Shown here in pieces: positions 63,841 through 64,000 of a DNA stretch of 64,000 nt. This DNA is from Amoebophrya sp. A120 (lineage: Eukaryota > Protista > Dinoflagellata): assembly GCA_905178155.1 (NCBI GenBank), contig CAJINV010000010.1:2302778-2366777 (forward strand). The letters are read 5' to 3'. The notes below the pieces were generated by a model. It was not told the DNA's origin, made no database searches, and saw only the letters and a list, made by a program, of their open reading frames with translations. Each line of letters starts with the position of its first letter. Within the stretch, counting starts at the first letter, position 1. Both the position numbers and the translations under genes were made by a program.

Positions 63841-64000
63841 TATCAAAAGGAAAAGTGTCTGGGTCTGCAATGTTGCCGGGTTTGTCATGCATATTTTGCA
63901 TGACCCAGGATGTCTGTAATGCATGACCTAGCATCGCAGATTTTTAGAGGGCTTCCTGATCCCTAATCCGCATGACAAATGCCCTCCCCGCGTAGCACAA
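63841..64000. mobile_element. Introner family A, cut by the window edge
   Basis: Left TIR and interior closely match 55435-55696. Confidence 0.9.

Noticed and set aside
303-63926. Many short ORFs sharing peptides such as FQTQTFLHLI, KMSGSGR, CKSIVLV, QKYRTR and PDPDIF
   Set aside because: These are translations of introner TIRs in various frames, not a protein family.

Overview
Eukaryotic genomic DNA with about 9 intron-rich genes, all on the minus strand: condensin II CAP-D3, a Rad21/Rec8 kleisin, a BART-domain protein, Kish/TMEM167, an LRAT/NC-domain protein, a CAMK-type kinase with PDZ, an AIFM2-like oxidoreductase and hypotheticals. The coding sequences are interrupted by about 65 hand-mapped 145-510 bp MITE-like elements from at least 8 families. 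Nearly all have TAT...ATA termini, terminal inverted repeats (TIRs) and a 5-bp target-site duplication (TSD). Wherever tested, removing the element plus one TSD copy restores the reading frame, so they behave as non-canonical introns (introners). This matches the IR/DR introners reported in the parasitic dinoflagellate Amoebophrya; the organism is inferred, not proven. Beyond that known picture: all families share an internal GCATNACAA motif, often as inverted pairs 6-8 bp apart; elements occur in both orientations; TIR positions 4-7 are often mismatched; and a decay series appears to lead from introners to GT-AG introns. Coordinates were read by eye and may be off by a base or two.
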